A DNA stretch of 43,097 bases from Burkholderiales bacterium. GTDB taxonomy: Bacteria; Pseudomonadota; Gammaproteobacteria; Burkholderiales; JACQAP01. A program made the translations under genes and the position numbers. Location: NCBI GenBank assembly GCA_036394495.1, contig DASWEZ010000156.1, positions 1-43,097 on the forward strand, in the 5' to 3' direction. Below, in pieces: positions 1-8,501 of this stretch; the first letter of the stretch is position 1; each line of letters begins with the position of its first letter. Below the pieces are notes generated by a model, which saw nothing but the letters and a program-made list of their open reading frames with translations, was not told where the DNA came from and searched no databases.

Positions 1-1010
1 GCCCGCTGCACCGGCCGGTCGGAGAAACTGAACAGCACGGCTTCTTCCGAAGCGTACAACGCGTAAGTCTGCCAGGACGGCACGACGAAAGTATCGCGTG
101 CCGTGAACTCGAATGTCTCGCCGCCGATCACTGCGCGGCCGCCGCCCTCGATCACCGAAAAGACGGTGCCGTCGGTGCTGCGATAAGGCCGGCCGCTGAA
201 TCCTTTCGGCAGCAACTGGACATACGCACCCATGGTCGGCATTGCCGGGCCGCCAGTGGCGGGATTGACGAATTCCATTTTGTGTCCGTGGCTGGCGTGG
301 GGTTTGTCGACCCTGGCCAGTTGCAGCAGGCTTTGGCGCGACCGCGCATACGGATAGGCGAACACCGGCGAGGTTGCGTCCTTCGGCTGAAACGCGATCG
401 GCAAAAGATTGTTGCCGTAACGCAGCCAGGCATCGCCTTCCGGACGCACGACTTCCTGCTCGTCGTGCGGATAGTCCTCGGCGAAGCCCGCATCGAAGAA
501 CCGCACCAGCGGAATATCCAGGCCATCGAGCCAGATCACCGGTTCGTCCGCGGCATTGCCGTGGTCGTGCCACGTCCACGACGGTGTGATGATGAAATCT
601 CCCGGATGCATGGTCACGCGCTCGCCATCCACCGCGGTGTATGCCCCCGCGCCTTCGACGATCAACCGCAACGCCGTTTGCGTATGACGGTGGCTCGGCG
701 CCACTTCGCCGGGGAGGATCAGCTGCCAGCCGGCATACAGCGAATTCGTGATGGCCGATTGCCCGGGAATGCCCGGGTTCTCCAGGATCAGCACCCGACG
801 CACCGCTTCCTTCGCCGTGATCAGGCCGCCGGATTCCATCAGCCAGGGCCGCACCTGCGCGTATTTCCACAGTGCGGGCACACAGGGGGAATTCGGCTGG
901 CGCGGCACCAGCGCGCTCATCATTTCCCACAGCGGCGTGAGGTGCGCCGGCGCGATGCGGCGGTAATAAGCTTCCCGCTCCGCGCGGGGATCTTTCAACG
1001 GCTGTCCCAT
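1..1010 (-). CDS. Gentisate 1,2-dioxygenase (bicupin); N-terminal ~336 codons, C-terminus beyond the left window edge
   Basis: Edge-truncated, so absent from the ORF track. Reading the minus strand from ATG 1010-1008 (GGAGG 5 nt upstream) gives an open frame to position 1: MGQPLKDPRAEREAYYRRIAPAHLTPLWEMMSALVPRQP...LPGEVAPSHRHTQTALRLIVEGAGAYTAVDGERVTMHPGDFIITPSWTWHDHGN... This is the cupin His-ligand core I recognise from gentisate 1,2-dioxygenases. Confidence 0.85.
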   Translation of the reverse strand, partial: MGQPLKDPRAEREAYYRRIAPAHLTPLWEMMSALVPRQPNSPCVPALWKYAQVRPWLMESGGLITAKEAVRRVLILENPGIPGQSAITNSLYAGWQLILPGEVAPSHRHTQTALRLIVEGAGAYTAVDGERVTMHPGDFIITPSWTWHDHGNAADEPVIWLDGLDIPLVRFFDAGFAEDYPHDEQEVVRPEGDAWLRYGNNLLPIAFQPKDATSPVFAYPYARSRQSLLQLARVDKPHASHGHKMEFVNPATGGPAMPTMGAYVQLLPKGFSGRPYRSTDGTVFSVIEGGGRAVIGGETFEFTARDTFVVPSWQTYALYASEEAVLFSFSDRPVQR

Positions 1011-1060
1011 ACTCGCCTCCTTTACTGCGCCATTCCTGCACTCTGGACCGAACCGATTCA

Positions 1061-1211
1061 CCACAGAGGCACAGAGGTCACAGAGTAAAAACCAAATTCC
1101 GTGTCGTGGATCGCTCGCCACGAGCAGGCGTCCGAAGTCCCAATCTGTCCGGTCAATCTGCTCGGTCCCGGTCGTTCCTTTGCGATTCCTTCGTGCCCTC
1201 TGTGCCTCTGT
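1061..1211. repeat. Palindromic intergenic element, copy A (unit-array arms CACAGAGG / CCTCTGTG)
   Basis: Left arm 1061-1085 CCACAGAGGCACAGAGGTCACAGAG; right arm 1193-1211 GTGCCCTCTGTGCCTCTGT. Positions 1063-1077 pair perfectly (15 bp) with 1197-1211. It lies in the 214-bp spacer between the di-iron oxygenase stop (1225) and the dioxygenase start (1010). Confidence 0.8.
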
Positions 1212-1224
1212 AACGATATCAGTT

Positions 1225-1932
1225 CTAGATTTTAGGTAAAGACAATCCGAAATCCTTTTCCACCAGCTCGGTGACGCGCGCGAGGAAATCCTCGCGCATC
1301 TCGTCGTTGGTGCGGCTCTTGAGGCCCCAGCGCAGATATGTTTCGTTGTTCTTCGATTTGCTCGCGCCGAAAAATCCCGGCGTGATCGGGAAATAACGGT
1401 TGATCGCGTCCTGTACCGCGGCCCTGCCCTCCGCGGTCCGGATCAGTTCCGTGCAGAAATCCCTGCCGAACTTGGCGTGGAATTTTTCCTCGGGCATGGT
1501 GATGCGCGCCAGGTCCCGCAACGGATGAAACGAGCAATGCAGCAGGTCTTCCACTTGCAGGATCTCCGCATAGTCGGCAATGGACTTGATCACGCAGAAT
1601 TCCGGCCAGGTCTTCATTTCGAAGCTGAAGATCGTCAGCGGTTTCTTGATTTTCGGGTCCATCATTTCCACCGGCACCCCGATCTGCTCCGCCAGCCCGC
1701 GGAATCGCACATGGTGATGGTACTCCTCCATCGCCACGCGGCAGGTCAGCCATTTCGCGTAAGGCGAAGGTGCCAGCGCAATGGCGGGCTCGTCGAACAC
1801 CTGCGCGCCGTACAACTCGTTCACCGCATGGCTGATGATGATTTTCCTGACGGCAGTCTGGTATTCCTCCGGCTGTTGATCGAGTTCGGCCGCGGTTTTT
1901 ACGGCAAGGGTGGCGGTGGCGGTGGCGGTCAT
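1225..1932 (-). CDS. Ferritin-like di-iron oxygenase subunit, PaaA/PaaC (phenylacetic acid catabolic protein) family
   Basis: ORF 1225..2049 trimmed to ATG 1932 (MTATATATLAVKTAAELDQQPEEYQ...), 12 nt after the SDR stop. 235 aa, helical, with carboxylate/His motifs (NELYGAQ, AMEEYHHH, QVEDLLH) as in PaaA/PaaC/BoxB-type oxygenases. Family-level call only. Confidence 0.7.
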   Translation of the reverse strand: MTATATATLAVKTAAELDQQPEEYQTAVRKIIISHAVNELYGAQVFDEPAIALAPSPYAKWLTCRVAMEEYHHHVRFRGLAEQIGVPVEMMDPKIKKPLTIFSFEMKTWPEFCVIKSIADYAEILQVEDLLHCSFHPLRDLARITMPEEKFHAKFGRDFCTELIRTAEGRAAVQDAINRYFPITPGFFGASKSKNNETYLRWGLKSRTNDEMREDFLARVTELVEKDFGLSLPKI

Positions 1933-1943
1933 GGAGGTGCCTC

Positions 1944-2876
1944 TCAGACGATCGGTTCGGTATTGAAGAATTCCAGGTCGGTGGCAAGGTCGGTCAGTCC
2001 GGCCCCCAGTTCGGCGCCGATGGCTTGCGCAAGCGCCGCTTCGTCCCACTCGGTGCCGGCCGCCATGAGCGTGCGTGCAACCGGGCGTGGTTGGGAAAAC
2101 AACAGCAGTTCGCGCCCGCGCACCCCGAACAGCTGGCCGGTCAGCCCGTGGGCATCGGAACTCAAATAGGTCGCAAGCCTGGCGACGTAATGCGCGGGAA
2201 TCTGCAGTGCGCGCAGTTTGTAAGCGGCCTGGGCGTCGTTGGCAGGCTGGATCGAATCCGTCACCCGGGTCGCGGCGAACGGGGCAATTGCGTTACAGGT
2301 GATTTTCGAACGGGACATGTCCATTGCGACGACGCGTGTCAGCCCGACCAGCCCGGCCTTGGCGGAGGCATAGGCAGCCTGCCCGAAGTTGCCGAACAGC
2401 CCGGCGCTGGACACGATGTTGACGATGCGCCCGGGAGCGCGGCCGCTCTTCTGCTGCTCGCGCATCAGCGGCGTAGCCGCCGCCAGCAGCGCGAAAGGAG
2501 CCGTCAGATTGGTGGCGATGACCTGTTCCCAGTTTTCGCGGCTCGCCTTGAAAATGAACGAGTCCCGCAGAATCGCCGCGTTGTTGATGACGATGTCGAT
2601 CGCGCCAAACGCCTTCACGGCGCTCTGCACTGCGCGTTCCGGCGCGCCGGCCATTGCCAGGTCTTCGCAGAATGCCGCCGCGCCGGCACCGAGTTTCGCA
2701 GCGATGGATTCGGCAACAGACGGATCCGGATCGACGCCGGCAATCGAAACGCCGCTGTCGGCAATGAGGACCGAAGCGCCGCGGCGGCGCAATTCCTCGA
2801 CGATCGCCAATCCGATTCCGCGCGCGCCGCCGGTAACGATCGCCACTCTGCCCGACAACGTTGCTGCCGCGTTCAT
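1944..2876 (-). CDS. Short-chain dehydrogenase/reductase, MFE-2-like (hydroxyacyl-CoA dehydrogenase type)
   Basis: 310 aa. TGGARGIG Rossmann motif, NNAAI, catalytic region SSAGLFGNFGQAAYASAKAG. ATG 2876 overlaps the reductase stop (ATGA), implying translational coupling. Confidence 0.85.
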   Translation of the reverse strand: MNAAATLSGRVAIVTGGARGIGLAIVEELRRRGASVLIADSGVSIAGVDPDPSVAESIAAKLGAGAAAFCEDLAMAGAPERAVQSAVKAFGAIDIVINNAAILRDSFIFKASRENWEQVIATNLTAPFALLAAATPLMREQQKSGRAPGRIVNIVSSAGLFGNFGQAAYASAKAGLVGLTRVVAMDMSRSKITCNAIAPFAATRVTDSIQPANDAQAAYKLRALQIPAHYVARLATYLSSDAHGLTGQLFGVRGRELLLFSQPRPVARTLMAAGTEWDEAALAQAIGAELGAGLTDLATDLEFFNTEPIV

Positions 2877-3928
2877 CGCGCCTCCGCCATTTGTTTGGAG
2901 CTATTCGCCGCCGGAAAAAAGGCGTCGGCATGGATATCGCGGGATTCGACGCCGCGTGCACGCACCAGCGCGGTCGCCGCATCGACCATCGGAGGCGGTC
3001 CGGCGAAATAGACCTTGAACCCCGCCAAGGATGCAAAGTCCGCTGCGACCGCTTCGGTGACCAGCCCGACCCTTCTCGGCAGCAAGGTCGCCACGGACTT
3101 CCCGCCGGACTCGGACAACACGATATGCGCTCTGAACGTGGGGAATCGGTTCTGCATTTCGGCCAGCTCCGCCTCGAAATAAACGTCGCGCTCGGCGCGC
3201 ACGCCGAAATACAGATGCACCGGCTGGCCGAAGCCGCCTTGCAGCGCCGTCTCCACGATGGACTTGACCGGTGCGAGGCCGCTGCCGCCGGCGATGCCCA
3301 GCATCGCACCGGCATGTTGCTCACGCAGATAAGACGTGCCGAGCGGGCCGGAAACCCTGACCATGTCACCGGGCCGCAGCGCCGCCGCCAAGCGACCGCT
3401 CACCGAGTTTGCCGCAGGCATGACGCGGATGTGGAATTCGAGCTGTTTCTCGTCCGGACGATTGGCCATGGAATAGTCGCGCACCACGCCGGGCGCGACC
3501 GGGAATTCGAGACTGGCGAACTGTCCCGCGGAAAACGTGAACGGCCCGCCGGCGACGACGTCCATCCTGAGCCTGAGTATGTCGTGCGTGAGCCGGGTCA
3601 CGTCGGCCACTTTGCAGCGCATTACGCGCGAGGGATGCACGACGAAGTCCTCTGCGTCGAGCCGGCGCACGACCACATCGCTCCAGACCTGAGAGCGGCA
3701 CGCGAGCACGATGCCACGGCTGCGTTCCCCGGCGGACAAGGCGTGTTCGGAGTATTCGAGTTCCACGATGTCGCCCGACACCAGTTCGCACCTGCAGGTG
3801 CCACAGTTGCCGGCCTGGCAACTGTAGGCAAAGCCGACGCCGTGCGCGAGCAAGGCATCGAGCACCGTCTGGCCTTCCTCGGCGGGAGCGGACTGGTTCA
3901 GGTCTGCGACGGTGACGGTTACACTCAT
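2873..3928 (-). CDS. Ferredoxin:NAD(P)H oxidoreductase, N-terminal plant-type 2Fe-2S plus FNR-like FAD/NAD module
   Basis: ORF 2873..4051 trimmed to ATG 3928 (MSVTVTVADL...; alternative ATG 3952). CQAGNCGTC...C cluster motif, RDYSMAN (RxYS FAD motif), GIAGGSGLAP nucleotide motif. This is the domain order of BenC/XylA/phenol-hydroxylase-P5-type reductases. Confidence 0.85.
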   Translation of the reverse strand: MSVTVTVADLNQSAPAEEGQTVLDALLAHGVGFAYSCQAGNCGTCRCELVSGDIVELEYSEHALSAGERSRGIVLACRSQVWSDVVVRRLDAEDFVVHPSRVMRCKVADVTRLTHDILRLRMDVVAGGPFTFSAGQFASLEFPVAPGVVRDYSMANRPDEKQLEFHIRVMPAANSVSGRLAAALRPGDMVRVSGPLGTSYLREQHAGAMLGIAGGSGLAPVKSIVETALQGGFGQPVHLYFGVRAERDVYFEAELAEMQNRFPTFRAHIVLSESGGKSVATLLPRRVGLVTEAVAADFASLAGFKVYFAGPPPMVDAATALVRARGVESRDIHADAFFPAANSSKQMAEAR

Positions 3929-3950
3929 GGTTTGAACGGCTGGCACAGGC

Positions 3951-4478
3951 ATGGCCGATGGACTACTATCGATGACAAGTATGGAAAGTAAACTGTTGGA
4001 TGTCAAACAATCGGGCGTTGCCGCGGACGGCCGCAGGGCGCGGGCCCGCAAGGCGCCGGGGCTGGGCGTATTGCCCGGACTGATCGGCTATCAGCTGCGG
4101 CTTGCGCAGCGCGCGATCTTCGCCGATTTCGCGGACACCGTCGGCGAAAGCGGCATCTCTCCCGGGCTGTTCGGCGTCCTCGTGGTCATCGGGGAGAATC
4201 CCGGACTGACCCAGCAGGCTCTGGCCAATGCGGCGCACCTGGACCGCTCCACCGTCGTTACCGTGATCGACAAGCTCGAAGACCGCGGGCTGGTGGAACG
4301 CCGTGCGGCCGACCGGCGCAGCAACGGCCTGTTCCTGGCGGACAAAGGCGCCGTGCTGCTGCGCGGGTTGAAACGCAAAGTGGCCCAGCATGAGCGCCGG
4401 GTCGTGCAGAACCTTTCTGCACGCGAGCGTGCCCAACTGGTTGCACTGCTCCAGCGCATCCTTCCGGAACGGCGCTGA
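3951..4478 (+). CDS. MarR family transcriptional regulator
   Basis: 175 aa with the winged-helix core GLTQQALANAAHLDRSTVVTVIDKLEDRGLVERRAADRRSN. Divergent from the oxygenase operon. The start could be a later ATG (3972 or 3981). Confidence 0.85.
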   Translation: MADGLLSMTSMESKLLDVKQSGVAADGRRARARKAPGLGVLPGLIGYQLRLAQRAIFADFADTVGESGISPGLFGVLVVIGENPGLTQQALANAAHLDRSTVVTVIDKLEDRGLVERRAADRRSNGLFLADKGAVLLRGLKRKVAQHERRVVQNLSARERAQLVALLQRILPERR

Positions 4479-4491
4479 CCCGGAGACCGAC

Positions 4492-5577
4492 TTGGCTCGC
4501 AAACCCGCAAACCGCAAGAAGCTGTTCCGCTCCCGCCGCAAGACACCCGGCCTGCCCCCCGGTTCGCTGGTGTACACCGGCGATGGCAAATCGCTGACCC
4601 CCCGCGTCACCATGCTCGACTACGACGAGCACAGGGTTGTCGAGAAGGAACTCGTTCGGGTGGACGACTGCATCCCGTTCAAGGATGCCCAGACGGTCAC
4701 CTGGATCAATGTCGACAGCGCCACCCAACCCGGACTGCTGGAGAACTTCGGCCGGGTCATGGGTTTCCATGCGCTGATGCTGGAAGACATCCTCAACACC
4801 GACCAGCGGCCCAAGTTCGAGGACTACGGCAACTACATTTACATCGTCGTGAAGATGCTCGACTACGACGTGAAGAAGGGCGAGATCGAGATCGAACAGT
4901 TGTCGCTCATCCTCGGACCGAACTACGTGATTACGTTCCAGGAGCGCGCGGGGGATTTTTTCGATCCGCTGCGCGAACGCATACGCAAATCCCTTGGGCG
5001 CATACGCAAGCTGGGCACCGACTATCTCGCCTACGCGATACTCGACATCATCGTGGACCACTATTTCGTGGTGCTGGAAAAGCTGGGCGATAAAATCGAG
5101 CAACTCGAGGACATCGTGATCACCAATCCCGGGCAGGACACGGTGCGCGCCGTCCACGCTATCAAGCGCGAGATGATTTTCGTGCGCAAGTCAGTGTGGC
5201 CGCTACGCGAAGTGGTAACCAACCTGCAGCGTTCGGAGTCACCGCTCGTGCGCGAATCGAACGCGGCCTACTTCCGCGACCTGCACGATCACATCATGCA
5301 GGTCACCGACAGCGTGGACACGTTCCGGGACCTCTTGAACGGGATGCTCGATTCCTATTACTCGACCATCACCACGCGGACCAACAGCGTGGTAAAGGTC
5401 CTGACACTTTTTTCCGCGATTTTCATGCCGCTGATGTTCATAACCGGCATTTTCGGCATGAACTTCCGGAATTTTCCCGAACTGGAGTGGCACTACGGCT
5501 TCCAGGGTTCGCTGATCCTGATGGTGGTGGTCACGATCATCATGGTCGCCATTTTCAAATGGAAGAAATGGCTCTAG
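4492..5577 (+). CDS. corA: Magnesium/cobalt transporter CorA
   Basis: Frame of ORF 4390..5577. It resembles Thermotoga-type CorA end to end (GLPPGSLVYTG near the N-terminus, GMN motif as GIFGMNF, two C-terminal TM helices, KWKKWL end). There is no ATG before the conserved N-terminus, and 4390-4478 overlaps marR. I therefore place the start at in-frame TTG 4492, with GGAG 6 nt upstream. Confidence 0.9.
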   Translation: MARKPANRKKLFRSRRKTPGLPPGSLVYTGDGKSLTPRVTMLDYDEHRVVEKELVRVDDCIPFKDAQTVTWINVDSATQPGLLENFGRVMGFHALMLEDILNTDQRPKFEDYGNYIYIVVKMLDYDVKKGEIEIEQLSLILGPNYVITFQERAGDFFDPLRERIRKSLGRIRKLGTDYLAYAILDIIVDHYFVVLEKLGDKIEQLEDIVITNPGQDTVRAVHAIKREMIFVRKSVWPLREVVTNLQRSESPLVRESNAAYFRDLHDHIMQVTDSVDTFRDLLNGMLDSYYSTITTRTNSVVKVLTLFSAIFMPLMFITGIFGMNFRNFPELEWHYGFQGSLILMVVVTIIMVAIFKWKKWL

Positions 5578-5862
5578 GGAAGCTCTGATCAAGTCTTGCG
5601 ACGCGCGTTGCGTCAGGTGCGGATGGATGGGAAGCGCCGCGACGAAGCCAAGGTGGGTACCTTAGCCAGGAGCGCAACAATGCAGACGCCGCACCTGACA
5701 CAACCCGATAATCGCTCGTCTGTTTAGAAGGGACCGGGGTGATTTGGGCCGATGGCTGCTTGGGCTCCTCCTTGTGTAGACCGGCTACACGGCGTCCTCG
5801 CCCTCTTGCCCCAGGCCCAAATCACCCCGGTCGCGCACGTAAGACTTGTTCAGAGCTTCCCT
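5576..5862 (+). other. Nested palindrome / candidate structured RNA in the corA 3-prime region (class unknown)
   Basis: Outer helix 5576-5600 / 5838-5862 (25 positions, 1 mismatch, 1 G-T). Inner hairpin 1: 5607-5622 / 5689-5704 (16 bp, 1 mismatch, 66-nt loop). Inner hairpin 2: 5732-5750 / 5814-5832 (19 bp perfect, 63-nt loop). It starts inside the corA TAG stop codon. No credible ORF. Confidence 0.5.
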
Positions 5863-5892
5863 GGGGCAGTAAACCGGGAGAAAGTCTGGCTG

Positions 5893-5915
5893 CCGGGCTT
5901 CGTCCCCGGTTTTTT
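5893..5915 (+). terminator. Rho-independent terminator candidate
   Basis: CCGGG (5893-5897), loop CTTCGTC, CCCGG (5905-5909), then TTTTTT (5910-5915). Short stem. It lies between corA plus its structured region and the convergent arfB. Confidence 0.5.
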
Positions 5916-5954
5916 GTCGCCGTTTCGAGGGATGCCGGTTCCGGATCTTCCCAA

Positions 5955-6365
5955 TCACTCCGTATCGGAGACCCGTCCGCGCCCGCGTTTCAACGTCGAA
6001 CGCGTTCGTTTTCCCGCAATGCGGCGTTCCTTCGACGCCCGCGTCGGACGCGTCGCGACGCGCTTCTTCGGCTTTTCCGCCGCAGCACGCAATAATTCCG
6101 TCAGCCGTCCCAGCGCATCGCGCCGATTCGCTTCCTGCGTGCGAAAACGCCCGGCATCGATTACCAGGATGTCCTGGAGGCTGACCCGCCGGCCGCCGAG
6201 CCGGCGCAGCCGCGCCTTGACGTCCTCGGGAAGCGATGGGCTCGCACCGATGTCGAAGCGCAGTTCCACCGCGGTGGAAACCTTGTTGACGTTCTGCCCG
6301 CCCGGTCCTGAAGCACGGACATGCCGGAACTCCAATTCTGCTTCGGGTATTGGGAAATGACGCAA
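5955..6365 (-). CDS. arfB: Alternative ribosome-rescue factor ArfB (GGQ peptidyl-tRNA hydrolase)
   Basis: 136 aa: RASGPGGQNVNKVSTAVELRFD (GGQ motif) plus a basic C-terminal tail (RPTRASKERRIAGKRTRSTLKRGRGR), as in E. coli YaeJ/ArfB. The start codon is TTG 6365, with AAGGAG 7 nt upstream. Confidence 0.9.
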   Translation of the reverse strand: MRHFPIPEAELEFRHVRASGPGGQNVNKVSTAVELRFDIGASPSLPEDVKARLRRLGGRRVSLQDILVIDAGRFRTQEANRRDALGRLTELLRAAAEKPKKRVATRPTRASKERRIAGKRTRSTLKRGRGRVSDTE

Positions 6366-6664
6366 TACAGCGCTCCTTCATGGTGCGGTCTTGCCTGCCG
6401 CGACGCTGGCATTCTGCCATCGCCGGCGAACGCCGTATTATGCGGCGCCGCAGCACACGGAGATGCCCGACTGGCAAGGATTTGGAGACCTCAGGAAATT
6501 TTCCCGGCGTGCTTGCAATCGAAAATAATGAGGGCTACATTTGCCGTGGGCTCCCCTATTGAATGGCGCTTGAACAAGCACTCAACAAGCAGGCGGCATC
6601 AACGGGTCAATCAGTTCTCCACAAAGTTGCGCCCAATCCAATTAAATAATTACGGGAGAGAGTT

Positions 6665-8410
6665 ATGAAACGATGGACTTTTACAGGGGTCGCAAAGACC
6701 CTGTCCGCGGCGGCTTTCGTCGGGTTCGCTTCCCAGGCAATGGCAGCAGATGTCACCTGGGATCGCCTGCTGAATGCCGACAAGGACGCGAACAACTGGC
6801 TGATGTATCACCAGTCGTTCAAGGGCTGGCACTACAGCGGCCTGGATCAAATCAACGCCGACAACGTCAAGAACCTGCATGTGGCCTGGCTGCACACGCC
6901 GTCCGCCAGCAAGCGCGGCATCCAATCCTTCCCGCTCGTCGCTGATGGTGTGTTGTACTACACCAGCGCATCCGGTCAGGTTTGGGCGCTGGACGGTGCC
7001 AGCGGTGCGGTGATCTGGCGCTATCAGGCCAAGATCGACACCGAGCGTGCCGAAGGCACTTTCTACAATCCGTACAACCGCGGCCTGGCCATCGGCTACG
7101 GCAAGGTCTACATCGGCACCGTCGACGGCCGCATGATCGCCCTCGATGCGAAGACCGGCAAAGTGGCCTGGGACAACACCATCCTCAGCGTCGAAAAAGG
7201 CAACAAGGGCTTCACCGGCGCTCCCGTGATCGTGAAGGACAAGGTCATCATCGGTTCGAACGGCGGCGAGCTGTCCGGCTGCTGCGGTCCGATCTTCGCA
7301 GTCAATGCGCAGACCGGCGAAGTGGCATGGCAGTTCGACACCATCGGTGGCGACGAGCGTTCCCGCCAGTCCTGGGGCAACGACTCGTGGAAAATCGGCG
7401 GCGGCGGCGGCTGGATGACGGGTTCCTATGACGCCAAGACCAACACCGTGTGGTGGGGTACCGCCAATCCGGCGCCCGACTACGACTGGGCCGGCGAAAA
7501 CTGGAAGACCGACGGTCCGCGTCCGGGCGACAACCTCTACAGCTCCTCCGTGGTCGTTCTGGATGCCGACTCCGGCGAGTTGAAGTCGTACTTTTCCGAA
7601 ATGCCGCACGACGCGTGGGATTTCGACGCGGCGCCTGGCGAGTTCATGTCCCTCGAGAAGGGCGGCAAGCGTTACATGCTGCACCCGAACAAGGGCGGGA
7701 TCATTTTCGTTTACAACGCCGATCAGGTTGGCGGTGGCAATCAGCTAAAGGTGGAAAATGCCTACATGCTGGGTGAGACCTACAACTACATCAAGGGCGT
7801 CGATCCGAAGACCGGCCAACTCATCGGCCGTCGCGAACTGCCGGAAGGCAAGCACACCAACGTGTGCCCCGCCATCGACGGCGCGATCAGCTGGAACACG
7901 GGTTCTTTCAACCCGGGCACCGGCCTGTTCTACAAGATCGGTCAGGAATGGTGCTTCGACATCGAAGTCGTGAAGGCTGACAAGCCGGCCGACTTCTCGG
8001 GTCAGGCCTATTTCGGCGCTTCGTGGACCGCAACGCATCCGCAAGGCAAGAAGGCATACGGCCATGTAACCGGCCGCGATCCGTTGTCCGGCAAGATCAA
8101 GTGGCGTACCGAGTTCAAGTACCCGCCGCTGGCCTCGCTGATGTCGACCAAGGGCAACCTCGTGTTCGTGCCCGGCGCCGACGGCAACTTCCATGCGCTC
8201 GATGCCCGCACGGGCAAGGAGCTCTGGAAGCACAACAACGGTATCGGCCACCACGGCGGCGTGATCTCCTACATGGCAGGCGGCAAGCAGTATGTCGCGG
8301 TCGTGTCCGGTTGGGGCAGCCACGTGTCGGGTAACTATGGCCCGCTGTTCGGCCATCCGTTCACCGAAATGCCGACCGATGCCGGTCAGCTGATCGTGTT
8401 CAGCCTGTAA
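6665..8410 (+). CDS. PQQ-dependent dehydrogenase, methanol/ethanol family (periplasmic)
   Basis: 581 aa with a signal peptide (...GFASQAMA). Family motifs: NRGLAIGYGKVY, KVIIGSNGGE, WKIGGGGGW, NPAPDY, PHDAWDFD. SD GGGAGAG upstream of ATG 6665. Confidence 0.9.
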   Translation: MKRWTFTGVAKTLSAAAFVGFASQAMAADVTWDRLLNADKDANNWLMYHQSFKGWHYSGLDQINADNVKNLHVAWLHTPSASKRGIQSFPLVADGVLYYTSASGQVWALDGASGAVIWRYQAKIDTERAEGTFYNPYNRGLAIGYGKVYIGTVDGRMIALDAKTGKVAWDNTILSVEKGNKGFTGAPVIVKDKVIIGSNGGELSGCCGPIFAVNAQTGEVAWQFDTIGGDERSRQSWGNDSWKIGGGGGWMTGSYDAKTNTVWWGTANPAPDYDWAGENWKTDGPRPGDNLYSSSVVVLDADSGELKSYFSEMPHDAWDFDAAPGEFMSLEKGGKRYMLHPNKGGIIFVYNADQVGGGNQLKVENAYMLGETYNYIKGVDPKTGQLIGRRELPEGKHTNVCPAIDGAISWNTGSFNPGTGLFYKIGQEWCFDIEVVKADKPADFSGQAYFGASWTATHPQGKKAYGHVTGRDPLSGKIKWRTEFKYPPLASLMSTKGNLVFVPGADGNFHALDARTGKELWKHNNGIGHHGGVISYMAGGKQYVAVVSGWGSHVSGNYGPLFGHPFTEMPTDAGQLIVFSL

Positions 8411-8437
8411 TCGAACTGCTGAAGTCAAAGCGTTGTG

Positions 8438-8467
8438 CGGGCGGGGGAGCGATCCCTCGCCCGTTTT
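8438..8467 (+). terminator. Intra-operon hairpin with T4 (attenuating terminator candidate)
   Basis: CGGGCGGGGG (8438-8447) pairs with CCCTCGCCCG (8454-8463): 10 bp including one G-T, 6-nt loop, followed by TTTT. It sits between the dehydrogenase and its cytochrome c. Confidence 0.45.
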
Positions 8468-8501
8468 ATTACCCGAACTCACCGCCTTCGCGGAGTAAAA
8501 A

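Noticed and set aside
5607-5704. Resemblance of GTCAGGTGCGGATGGATGGGAAGC...GAAGCCAAGG to the SRP (4.5S) RNA core, and of AGCCAGGAGCGC to a cobalamin-riboswitch B12 box
   Set aside because: The near-invariant SRP sequence GGUCCGGAAGGAAGCAGCC is not present. The cobalamin core elements and the required length are missing. The position, after a gene and before a terminator, does not fit a riboswitch.
5607-5704. Integron attC site (imperfect palindrome with GTT / AAC ends)
   Set aside because: The polarity is wrong: GTTGCGT is at the 5-prime end and ACACAAC at the 3-prime end, the opposite of RYYYAAC...GTTRRRY. No integrase or cassette array is nearby.
6440-6520. Sigma-54 promoter upstream of the PQQ dehydrogenase (TGGCAAGGATTTGGA, and GGCGTGCTTGCA)
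   Set aside because: The GG and GC elements are not at the required 10-nt spacing in either candidate.
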